Shown: positions 16,827 to 25,390 of the stretch, one piece after another
Layout: each line of letters starts with the position of its first letter
How positions within the stretch are numbered: position 1 is the stretch's first letter
NCBI GenBank assembly: GCA_964460535.1
Contig: CAYWQI010000002.1
Coordinates: forward strand, 7,254-41,489
Direction: 5' to 3'
DNA length: 34,236 nucleotides
Source of the DNA: Candidatus Woesearchaeota archaeon
GTDB taxonomy: Archaea; Nanobdellota; Nanobdellia; Pacearchaeales; GW2011-AR1
Notes under the pieces: generated by a model
What the model was told of the DNA's origin: nothing
Seen by the model: the letters and a program-made list of their open reading frames with translations, nothing else
Databases searched by the model: none
Made by a program: the position numbers and the translations under genes

Positions 16827-17283
16827 GTATTTGGTAATTCAAATTAGGAAAATAAAATTTAAATTTTATTCTTTGATGAGAGATTAACAACAAGGGCTTT
16901 TGATATGGGTGTAAAGATTTGCAAAATATATTTAATGTGTATAAAGAATATGTCTCTGGTAATATTGGCTACAAGAACAATTTTCAAACACCCTCTCTGA
17001 AAAAAGATTAATTGTAAAAACTTTCAGAGTTTAGGTCTAAGGAGTTATAAAGATATCTTCTAATAGTAAAAAATTCAAAAGCACAATTATTTAAGAAAAC
17101 TCAGAGATATGTTAATTAAAATTTTTTATTACTTATCACCTCTATAAAACAGAGAAATTATTGAAAAAGAAATATCTTGGTTACTAGGTACAGGAATATC
17201 TTGGTGCTAATAATTTTAAAAAATCTAGATTACATTAATTAAAATTTCTTAAATCTTTTTAATAATCAAAAGAAATATAATTA
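16827..17283 (+). mobile_element. MITE-like element, copy F (E-type subfamily), interrupted by copy G
   Basis: Left end GTATTTGGTAATTC. The two halves, 16827-16951 and 17192 to about 17283, are collinear with copy E. The right terminus cannot be resolved because it runs into the RNase P RNA 3' end. Confidence 0.55.
16952..17191 (+). mobile_element. MITE-like element, copy G, nested inside copy F
   Basis: Ends GTCTCTGGTAAT and GGTTACTAGGTAC, with a full core. Flanking 8-mers AAGAATAT (16944-16951) and AGGAATAT (17192-17199) match 7/8. Copy E shows the uninterrupted target site. Confidence 0.75.
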
Positions 17284-17623
17284 AACCAAGCCAGAATAAG
17301 CCACCTTCTGTCTTTCCTTGTTTTTCTAAAGATAACAAACGGAAAGTGTTGACATTTCACTTTGCAGCTCACACCAATATTGTTTGGCTCTGACCTTGCA
17401 CTTGTTGGGATAGCCGTATCATCAAATCTCACTTTTCAAAGTTCAACTCAAGTTTCATAACTCAAAGTGAGCTGTGTCGTTTCTTTTCTAGAGCCTTGCC
17501 TCACAGCAATTCAGATTTCCTGAACAACTTTGTAGTGGGCGGACTTTCCTCAGAACTAAAATTCATATTCTGAATTTTTTGCAATTTAATGTATAGTTCT
17601 GAAGTCAACTTCCTGACTTGGTT
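17284..17623 (-). ncRNA. rnpB: RNase P RNA
   Basis: The minus strand reads GAGGAAAGTCCGCCCAC (CR-I) and ACAGAAGGTGGCTTATT (CR-V-like ACAGAAnnnGGCTTA). An 11-bp P1 helix forms between AACCAAGTCAG (5') and CTGGCTTGGTT (3'). The region is G+C-richer than its surroundings and has no ORF. Confidence 0.85.
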
Positions 17624-17652
17624 AAAAATATTAATTAAACATAGTTTTTAAA

Positions 17653-18357
17653 TCAACCGGTAGGTTCTGGTTTTATAAAATGTTCAATACATCTTGGAGC
17701 ATAAGTTTCTTTATTTTCTTCTTTTTTATCAGCCACACCTAGTTTAATTGTTGGATCAGAATATCTTGAAAGTGTTTTATCTGGTCTCCATCTTTGTATA
17801 TAAGGAGCAATCTTTCCACAAGTTTGATTTTTAGAATTATGAAGACAAAGAGGTTCTAAATAAATTACTCCTCCTTTATTATTTAGAGAATCTTCCTCTG
17901 ATATTTTAATTAAATCTGAAGTAGTTATATGTGAATCATATTTCTTGTCTTTTTTATTTCTTAATGGAAATTCATTTCCTCTAAAATCCTTAATTAAACA
18001 AGTAGAAATAATTCTCATTTTATTTTTATATTTTTTAATAAATTCAAGTATTTCATCATCCCAAAATTGTAATTCATCAATTCCAAGAATTTTTGTATCA
18101 GGATTTGTTTTTTTAACTAAACTTTCAATATTAGAAACAGAAGTTGCTGGAAATTTTAGTTCTTTATTATTGGCAGTAATAAAACCTTCCTCGTATCTGT
18201 TATCCCAAGAAGTTCTAAATACTTGCATTTTTAATCCTGCATGTGAAATTGATTGCAAATCTAAGATTAATCTTGCTGTTTTTCCTCCACACATGTTTCC
18301 TGCATATATATAAAATCCTGGTGTGATACCATTAAAATTTCCTAGCATTGAAATCAA
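17653..18357 (-). CDS. tdk: Thymidine kinase (TK1-type)
   Basis: P-loop GNMCGGKT, a GIDELQFW motif equivalent to the TK1 GIDEAQFF, and a C-terminal Cys/His cluster (CLH...C...C..H) consistent with the TK1 zinc lasso. Confidence 0.6.
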   Translation of the reverse strand: MISMLGNFNGITPGFYIYAGNMCGGKTARLILDLQSISHAGLKMQVFRTSWDNRYEEGFITANNKELKFPATSVSNIESLVKKTNPDTKILGIDELQFWDDEILEFIKKYKNKMRIISTCLIKDFRGNEFPLRNKKDKKYDSHITTSDLIKISEEDSLNNKGGVIYLEPLCLHNSKNQTCGKIAPYIQRWRPDKTLSRYSDPTIKLGVADKKEENKETYAPRCIEHFIKPEPTG

Positions 18358-18447
18358 AAGAGTATTTAATTTATAAAATATAATTGCAACTTTAGAGTTT
18401 TAATAATATAGAGTTAATTTAATAAATACTTATAACTTTATTTTTTT

Positions 18448-21162
18448 ATGAAAAAAGAGGAAAATAAAATTCTATGGCATTCCATTTCTGTTGAAGATAC
18501 TTTAAAGAATATTAATTCAAATGAAAAAGGTTTGCAAAAATCTGAAGCAAGAAAAAGACAGAATATCTATGGAAAAAATAAAATTTCAGAAAAAAAATCC
18601 ACTCCTTTGATTTTAAAATTTTTAAAACAATTTCATAACCCCTTGATTTATATTTTGTTTATTGCTATGACAATTTCATTTGTTTTTAAACATTTTATTG
18701 ATGGATATGTTATTTTTATTGTTATGTTTATAAATGCAATTATTGGATTTATCCAGGAGTATAAAGCAGAAAAATCTATTTCTGCATTAAAAAGATTAAT
18801 AATAACTTATGCCAAGGTTTATAGAGGAGGAGAATTATTGAAAGTTCCAGCTTCAGAATTAGTTCCAGGAGATGTGATTAGTTTAGAAGCAGGAGATAAA
18901 GTTCCTGCAGATTGTCGTATATTAAGTTGTAAAAATTTAAGAACACAAGAAGCTTCTTTAACAGGAGAATCATTACCCCAGGAAAAAAATATTAGGGTTG
19001 TTTCAGAAAAAGTTTCTCTTGGTGATAGGACAAATATGTTATTTATGTCTACTTCAGTTGTTTCTGGAAGTGCAAAAGCAGTTGTTGTAAAGATAGGAAA
19101 TAAAACTCAAATTGGAAAAGTTGCAAGTTCAATTCAGAAAGTTAAAAATCCCAAGATTCATATTAATGAGAAAGTTAGACTTCTTGCATTTCAGATGACT
19201 ATTTTTGCAAGTATTGGAGCATTTCTTGCTTTTTCTATTGGTTTTTTTATAAACAAGTTAGATTTTTTTGAAATATTTTTATTTACTGTAGCTAGTTTTG
19301 TTGGAGGAGTTCCAGAAGGTTTGCCTGCAATAATGGCTATTGTACTTGCTATTGGCGCAAGAAGAATGGCTAACAAACAAGCTGTAATAAGAAATTTATC
19401 TTCAGTAGAAACTCTCGGAGTTGCCACAATAATCGCAACTGACAAAACAGGAACTTTAACAAGTAATTCAATGAAATCAGAAAAAATAGTTTCTCTAGAA
19501 GGATTAAAAGATAAAAATAAGATAGTCTCAGTTTCTGGACAAGGATGGGAACCTATAGGAAAATTTTCTCAAAATAATAAATTTTTAAATCCTCTTGAAA
19601 ATCCTGAATTAAAAAAATTTCTAGAGATTTCAGGGTTATGTCATAATGGAAGGTTATTAAGAAAAGATGGAAATTATGAAATTATCGGTGATCCAACAGA
19701 AGTTTCACTTGCAGTTCTTGCAAAAAAAGCAGGTTTAAATAAAAAGAATTTAGAATCTAATTTTAAAATTATTGATGATTTTGCTTTTTCTTCAGATTTA
19801 AGATTTCGTGCAAGTTTAATTAAAGATAAAAAAAAGAACAAAAAAGAGATTTATACTTTAGGAGCATTTGAAGAAATCTTAAATAAATCTTCTTGGGTAT
19901 TTTCTCAAGGAAAAAAAATCTCTCTTGATAAAAAAACAAAAAAAGAGTTTTTAGATAAAGCATCAGAACTTTCTTCTCAAGGATTAAGAGTTCTTGCACT
20001 TGCTTATAGAGATGTTCCACACCATATTAATAATGTTTCTCCTAATTATGTTAAGGAATTGGTTCTTGTTGGTTTGGTTGGAATGAAAGACCCTCCTAAG
20101 AAGGGTGTTAAAGAAGCAGTTGAAAAAGCAAAAAAAGCAGGTATAAGGATTATAATGAAAACAGGAGACCATAAAGAAACAGCTTTGGCAATTGCAAAAG
20201 AAATTGGTTTAGTTGATAATAATTTTTCTGGAAAAGTTTTAACTGAATCTGATTTAGATAAATTAGATAAATGGCAATTTAAAGATGCAGTTAATAAATC
20301 AAATGTTTTTGCAAGAGTTACTCCAAAAACAAAATTGAAAATTATTCAAGCTTTACAAGAACAAGGAGAGATTGTTGCTATGACTGGTGATGGGATTAAT
20401 GATGCTCCTGCTTTAAAAAAAGCAGATATTGGAATTGCTATGGGAAAGGTTGGAACTGATGTTGCTCGAGAATCAAGTGAGGTTATCTTAACTGATGATA
20501 ATTTTGTTTCTATAGTTGATGCTGTTGAACAAGGAAGAATTGTTTTTCAGAATATAAGGCAAACAAGTTTTTTCTTAATTACTACAAATATTGCTGAAAG
20601 TGCTACTTTAGTTACTTCTTTGGCATTAAAGTTTCCATTACCTTTGTTACCTATACAACTTCTTTATTTAAATCTTGTAACTGATACTTTTCCAGGTATT
20701 GGACTTGCTATGGAACCAGGGCATTCTGAGGTTCTTGAAGAAAAACCTAGAAATAAGAAAGAGAATATTATTAATAAAGAACTTATTCCTTTTTTATTAA
20801 TTGTAGTTGGACTTATGGTTTTTTGCACAGTTCCAATTTTTCATTATTTTTTATCTCAAGGAATAAACAAGGCTCAAACAGCAGCATTTGTTTCAATGTC
20901 TTTTTTTCAATTATTTAATGTTTTTAATATGCGTTCATTAAAAAAATCTGCTTTTAAAATAGGTTTTTTAAGTAATAAATGGTTAAATTTTGGAATTTTA
21001 ATTTCATTTATATTAATGTTTCTAATAATATATATTCCATGGTTTGCAGAAATTTTTAATTTTGTTGCATTAGGTTTAAAAGAATTTATTTTTATTTTTT
21101 TAATAACTTCCACAGTATTTATTTTAGGTGAATTATATAAATTTTTTAGAATAAAAAAATAA
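18448..21162 (+). CDS. P-type cation-transporting ATPase (type II, Ca2+/cation pump-like)
   Basis: 904 aa with TGES, PEGLPA, the phosphorylation site DKTGTLT, KGAPE-region equivalents, TGDGINDAPALKKADIGIAMG and about 10 hydrophobic helices. Confidence 0.95.
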   Translation: MKKEENKILWHSISVEDTLKNINSNEKGLQKSEARKRQNIYGKNKISEKKSTPLILKFLKQFHNPLIYILFIAMTISFVFKHFIDGYVIFIVMFINAIIGFIQEYKAEKSISALKRLIITYAKVYRGGELLKVPASELVPGDVISLEAGDKVPADCRILSCKNLRTQEASLTGESLPQEKNIRVVSEKVSLGDRTNMLFMSTSVVSGSAKAVVVKIGNKTQIGKVASSIQKVKNPKIHINEKVRLLAFQMTIFASIGAFLAFSIGFFINKLDFFEIFLFTVASFVGGVPEGLPAIMAIVLAIGARRMANKQAVIRNLSSVETLGVATIIATDKTGTLTSNSMKSEKIVSLEGLKDKNKIVSVSGQGWEPIGKFSQNNKFLNPLENPELKKFLEISGLCHNGRLLRKDGNYEIIGDPTEVSLAVLAKKAGLNKKNLESNFKIIDDFAFSSDLRFRASLIKDKKKNKKEIYTLGAFEEILNKSSWVFSQGKKISLDKKTKKEFLDKASELSSQGLRVLALAYRDVPHHINNVSPNYVKELVLVGLVGMKDPPKKGVKEAVEKAKKAGIRIIMKTGDHKETALAIAKEIGLVDNNFSGKVLTESDLDKLDKWQFKDAVNKSNVFARVTPKTKLKIIQALQEQGEIVAMTGDGINDAPALKKADIGIAMGKVGTDVARESSEVILTDDNFVSIVDAVEQGRIVFQNIRQTSFFLITTNIAESATLVTSLALKFPLPLLPIQLLYLNLVTDTFPGIGLAMEPGHSEVLEEKPRNKKENIINKELIPFLLIVVGLMVFCTVPIFHYFLSQGINKAQTAAFVSMSFFQLFNVFNMRSLKKSAFKIGFLSNKWLNFGILISFILMFLIIYIPWFAEIFNFVALGLKEFIFIFLITSTVFILGELYKFFRIKK

Positions 21163-21189
21163 TTTTTAAAAAATAAATTTTTTATAGAA

Positions 21190-21217
21190 TTAACAATAAG
21201 AATGCAGGAGTTTCCAC
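21190..21217 (-). other. 23S pre-rRNA processing stem, 3' flank
   Basis: GCAGGAGTTTCCAC (21204-21217) is perfectly complementary to GTGGAAACTCCTGC (24979-24992). Imperfect pairing extends it. Confidence 0.8.
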
Positions 21218-22169
21218 AGAAGCAATACAATCATAAACAAATGAGGCTTTTAGTAGTTGTCTGCTGAATACGTCGGACGAATCCTTCGTACTTACACAGC
21301 AACTCTATCAACGTTGTCTTTTACAACGGCCTTTGTTGTCTCGTTTTGCGGAGAGCTTCGAGCTTAGATGCATTCAGCTCTTATCTCTACAATGCGTAGC
21401 TATGCAGCCTGCTATTAACAACTGCTCACCAGAGGCATCCGAGTCCTGTTCCTCTCGTACTAAAAACTCGTTCCACTCAAACAACAACACATCTAGTAGA
21501 TATCATACAAACTGTCTCGCGACGTTCTTAACCCAGCTAACGATCCCTTTTAATGTGTGAACTCCAACACCCTTGCACGCTTCTGCACGCGCAGGTTAGG
21601 GAGAGCCGACAGCGAAATACCAAACCGCCCCGTCAATACGGACTATCGGGGGCGACCAGCTTATTATCCTTGGGGTAACTTTTCTATCAGACACGGCACC
21701 TATTAAAAGTGCACGTGGGTTCACTAGGCCACTCTTACGAGCCTGCATTTCTTGCTTTTCAAAATACAGTCAGACAAACTTTTGCCCTTACACTCAACTC
21801 CAGATTTCCAAGCTGGATGAGTTTGTCTTTGGGTCCTATCGATATCTTTTCGACAGGGCGCCGCCCCAGCCAAACTGCCCGCCTGCTGCTGTCTTCATAA
21901 AGAATAAGAAAATTTAAACAAAACAGGTGGTATTACAAGATCGCTCCGTCTTAACCGAAATTAAGACATCGACGCTCCCACCTATACTAGGCATTTCGTT
22001 TAAACCCTCAACAACAAGTTGCAGTAAAGTTCCACAAGGTCTTTGCTTCCCACTAGATGTCCGTGGCCCTTGCACCACGTAGTATTTTCAGAAGGCACCA
22101 ATTAGGGACAGTGACAACCTCGTTAAACCATTCATGCAAGTCGCAATTCATACGACAAGGCATTAAGCT

Positions 22170-23064
22170 CATAATGTTAATTAGAATCTTTTTCAATGAT
22201 GATTCAATTCTTTACATCGCTGTAAAGTTCGGACTATATCTTCTACAATTTTAAATTATTTTGTAGTCGAGCATGTAGTCTCTGAGGATTCTGGAATTAA
22301 TTAAAAAAAGATTTTGAAAATAATCTATCTAATGAATCATTTATTGATATCTGAATAAACTCTTTAGGAGGAATTGCGTAAAATTCCTCTCCAGATTTAC
22401 TTGATGTGTGTTTTAATTTTCCAGATTCAAATACTTTTGAAATTGGAATCCACAACCAAGTTTTATAATCAGAATCTTCATTTGATAGAACATACCAAAT
22501 ATTTAAATTAAATTTTCTTTGTATTGAAGAATATTTTTTTGTTTCTTTAGCATCAATAGGATATGTTTTATATTCCTTATTTATCTTTTTGTATTTTGTG
22601 TCTACAAAAATAAAACCTAGATTAGGAATTAAAATCAAAAAATCAGGTCTTTTTCCACTGAAATATTTTTTAAATGCAATAGATAATGTTTGAGTATCTT
22701 GTTGCAAATAAAGATAAGGAATATTGTGTTTATTTAACCATTCCTTAAATTTGATTTCAGTTTCATTTCCCTTTCTTTTTTCTTCTTTTCCTATTTCCAT
22801 ATTCTTCCATTTTGAGATATTTATTTAAAACTTTTTATTCCAGCCTTTCCTGCTGATTGTCTGCACTCATCTAATTTTTACGCGAACTAACTATTTAAAT
22901 TTTAGTTATCGTTGTATAGTGAGATACTCAGATATTCCAGCATATAGCTCAATTTTCTCTATTAGTTTAACTTTTTAATTCAACAAATTCAACTGTTTAT
23001 TTACTATAACACCTAGAGCGTTTTTATCATTTTTCGACGATAAAAACGTAAGGCAGCTTTGTTC
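22170..23064 (-). mobile_element. Group I intron in 23S rRNA, about E. coli position 1931/1932, just 3' of helix 69
   Basis: The 5' exon ends UAAGGU. Intron nt 6-16, AAGCUGCCUUA, pairs with the 5' exon (P1, U.G at the splice site) and with the 3' exon AGCUU (P10). The intron ends in G. Core elements CAGAGACUACAUGCUCGAC (R-like) and GAAGAUAUAGUCCGAAC (S-like) lie 3' of the ORF. Confidence 0.8.
22297..22800 (-). CDS. Intron-encoded protein with PD-(D/E)xK nuclease-like motifs (candidate homing endonuclease)
   Basis: 167-aa ORF on the same strand as the rRNA and wholly inside the intron. GKRPDFLILIPNLGFIFVDTKYKK fits PD...(D/E)xK, and the N-terminal E-rich helix resembles Hjc/restriction-fold nucleases. 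There is no LAGLIDADG, GIY-YIG, HNH or His-Cys motif. Confidence 0.55.
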   Translation of the reverse strand: MEIGKEEKRKGNETEIKFKEWLNKHNIPYLYLQQDTQTLSIAFKKYFSGKRPDFLILIPNLGFIFVDTKYKKINKEYKTYPIDAKETKKYSSIQRKFNLNIWYVLSNEDSDYKTWLWIPISKVFESGKLKHTSSKSGEEFYAIPPKEFIQISINDSLDRLFSKSFFN

Positions 23065-24978
23065 ACCTTAAGAGCGTCATAGTTACGCCCGCCGTTTAAT
23101 GGGCCTTAGCTCCCTTGAAAAGGAGTTTTAGACACCACCACTGGGCAGGTCTCGCCAAGTATACACGTCATTTCTGATTAGCACTTGGCTATGTTTTTGG
23201 TAAACAGTCGGGCCGTCCTTGTTACTGAGATCTATTAATGCACTCCTATTTCTAAAAGCACAAAAATAGACACCCCTTAAACCTAAGTTACAGGGCTAAC
23301 TTGCTGAATTCCCTTAATTGGTTTAATCTTTCATGTCTTAGCTTTTTAAGCCAGAGCACCAGTGCTGGTTATGGGTACAGCTAATTAAATCCGTTCAGTA
23401 AATAACTTTTCACTGGCTCTTGGAATCAGCAATTTTGTTCAAAAAATTTATTTATATCTAAGCATTACGCTCCATAAATTTCTTTTTTGAAACACTCTTC
23501 CGAGTGCTTACTTATCCAAAAGCATTATTTACAAAAGATTTAATTAGTTCAGGAATATTAACCTGATGTCCATCATTGTTCTCGATTAAGGAACAACTAA
23601 GGCGCTGACTAACCCTTGGCTAACATATATTGCCAAGGAAACCTTGCTCTTGCGACATTTTGCGTTCTCAGCAAAATCACATCTTACTATTACCAGGATT
23701 CTCATTACTATTCGTTCCATTCCTCCTTTAAGAGAAACTTCTGCACAAATAGTACGCCTGTTTACCAGTTTTCTAAAAATAGAAAACTCTAAAGTATCGG
23801 TATTATGCTTAGCCCCGTCCATTTTCAAGGCCCTAAACCTCAATAGGTGAGCTGTTACGCTTTCTTTAAATGATAGCTGCTTCTGGGCTTACATCCCTAC
23901 TGTCTCAGGTTTAAGACACTCTTCATGACACTTAGCATAAATTTAAGGACCTTAACTTTAGTCTCCCTTGTTCGGGTCTTGGAACAGTATCTTACATACC
24001 GCCCCTTATTCCTGTCTTACGCAGTCAATAGATTCTGAGTTGAAAAAATCTCCGTAAGCATTAGCCCCTGCGAGATTTATTCGTACTTTACACCATTAAC
24101 AAACTAGACAAGACTATGCGTAGGCATATTTCAACAGGAACCAGCCATTGCCGAATTAGATAAGCTTTTCACCCCTATTCACAGATCATCCAAGTGCATG
24201 TCCACAACAACGGTTCAGGCCTCCATCCCTCTTTCGAAAGACTTCACCTTGTCCATGAATAGATCATCCGGCTTCAGGTCTTTACCATATGACTAACGCC
24301 TTTTCAGACTTGCTTTCGCTTTGGTTACCCTTTAAAGGTTAGCCTCGCCATATAGAAAAACTCCCTGGCCCGTTTTTCGAAACGTACGTTACAATCCCTT
24401 AGGACAGTAACTAACTGTAACTGTTAGATTTCAAATCTTTTCACACTCTATTAAGAGTACTTTTCAGCTTTCCCTCGCGGTACTAGTGCTCTATCGGACT
24501 TTGATTTTATTTAGGGTTACCTGTTAATCCAGGCATATTCAGACACCCAATCCAGGATGCCCTACTCTTTTTGAAAATCCTTCCTCATTCTAAATCTACG
24601 GGACTATCACCCTCTATAGTGTTCCATTCCAGGAAACTTTGAATCAAATGATAGGAATTCATTTTCACCACATCTCTATTCTTATTACTAAGAAAGATTC
24701 AGCTTGCCCTAATCCCTTTTCGCTCTCTGCTAATAAGGGAATAATTATTTATTTTCTTTTCCTACTGGTACTAAGATGTTTCAATTCCCAGTGTATCTTA
24801 TCTGACAAATGCCAGACTATTCAGAAATCTCTGGATCAATATCTGCATGCGATTCCCCAGAGCTTTTCGCAGCTTGCCACGTCCTTCATCAGAATCAAAA
24901 CCAAGCTATCCATCTAACAGCATAAAATATGTTTGCTGATTGTCTTTTTACTTTTTCTAAAAGAAAAAGTGCCAACTA

Positions 24979-25007
24979 GTGGAAACTCCTGCTATTGTCA
25001 TTGTTAT
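24979..25007 (-). other. 23S pre-rRNA processing stem, 5' flank
   Basis: Complementary to 21190-21217. Confidence 0.8.
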
Positions 25008-25151
25008 TATGAAACACTTTTTGTGTTGTAATAACTCTTTTAGATCCCATATTTTATATGGAACCCTTTCACTTCCGAATTTTGTCTTCGGATTTTTTGT
25101 GAATATGATTTGTGATTGAATATTTTTTAACTAAATAATCTTGTAAGAAAA

Positions 25152-25159
25152 TTTATAAA
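25152..25159 (+). promoter_or_regulatory. Palindromic TATA box (TTTATAAA) about 29 nt upstream of tRNA-Ala
   Basis: TTTATAAA is preceded by the purine-rich AGAAAA (BRE-like). Spacing to the tRNA 5' end at 25184 fits an archaeal promoter. The same palindrome could also serve the minus strand towards the 23S gene. Confidence 0.4.
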
Positions 25160-25183
25160 CCCTCTAAAACTTTAATTTCATAA

Positions 25184-25256
25184 GGGCCCGTTGTCCAATG
25201 GTTTAAGATACCTCCCTTGCACGGAGGAGATCCGTGTTCGATTCACGGCGGGTCCA
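25184..25256 (+). tRNA. tRNA-Ala(UGC), encoded antisense to the flanking rRNA genes
   Basis: Acceptor GGGCCCG/CGGGTCC with a G3:U70 pair. Anticodon arm CCTCC-CTTGCAC-GGAGG (TGC at 25218-25220), T arm CCGTG-TTCGATT-CACGG, discriminator A. It is followed by a T7 run. The cloverleaf forms only on the + strand. Confidence 0.85.
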
Positions 25257-25330
25257 TTTTTTTATACCCTTTTTAATCCATGAATTTTTTTGAGGTAAAA
25301 CCTTGAACATTATTTCTAACAAGATTAGTA

Positions 25331-25355
25331 TGCAAAAGCAATTATGTTTGTTGTA
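25331..25355 (-). other. 16S pre-rRNA processing stem, 3' flank
   Basis: TGCAAAAGCAATTATGTTTGTTGTA is complementary, allowing G.U pairs, to CTACAACTAACATGATTGCTTTTGCA at 26961-26986. Confidence 0.75.
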
Positions 25356-25390
25356 TTTTTATAATTATGAGTCATTTCAATAATTTAAAT

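Larger units (their letters stand above)
21236..24935 (-). rRNA. rrl: 23S rRNA (ends approximate, about +/-20 nt), interrupted by an 895-nt intron
   Basis: The reverse complement carries the sarcin-ricin loop (AGTACGAGAGGAAC), GCTGAATGCATCTAAGC, the helix 69-71 region and the 5' GATGAAGGACGTGGCAAGCTGCGAAAAGC. Without the intron it is about 2.8 kb. Confidence 0.95.

Noticed and set aside
17284-17298. CCAAGCCAGAATAAG as the right inverted repeat of MITE copy F.
   Set aside because: The same bases form an 11-bp P1 helix with the RNase P RNA 5' end and include the conserved GGCTTAT context. They belong to rnpB, and the resemblance to the MITE terminus is limited to CCAG.
22170-23064. Interpretation of the 23S insert as a classical archaeal bulge-helix-bulge (endonuclease-spliced) intron.
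   Set aside because: The junctions give at best 3 of 4 pairs in the central helix and no outer helix. By contrast, the group I P1/P10 guide pairing, the U.G pair, the terminal G and the R/S core elements are all present.
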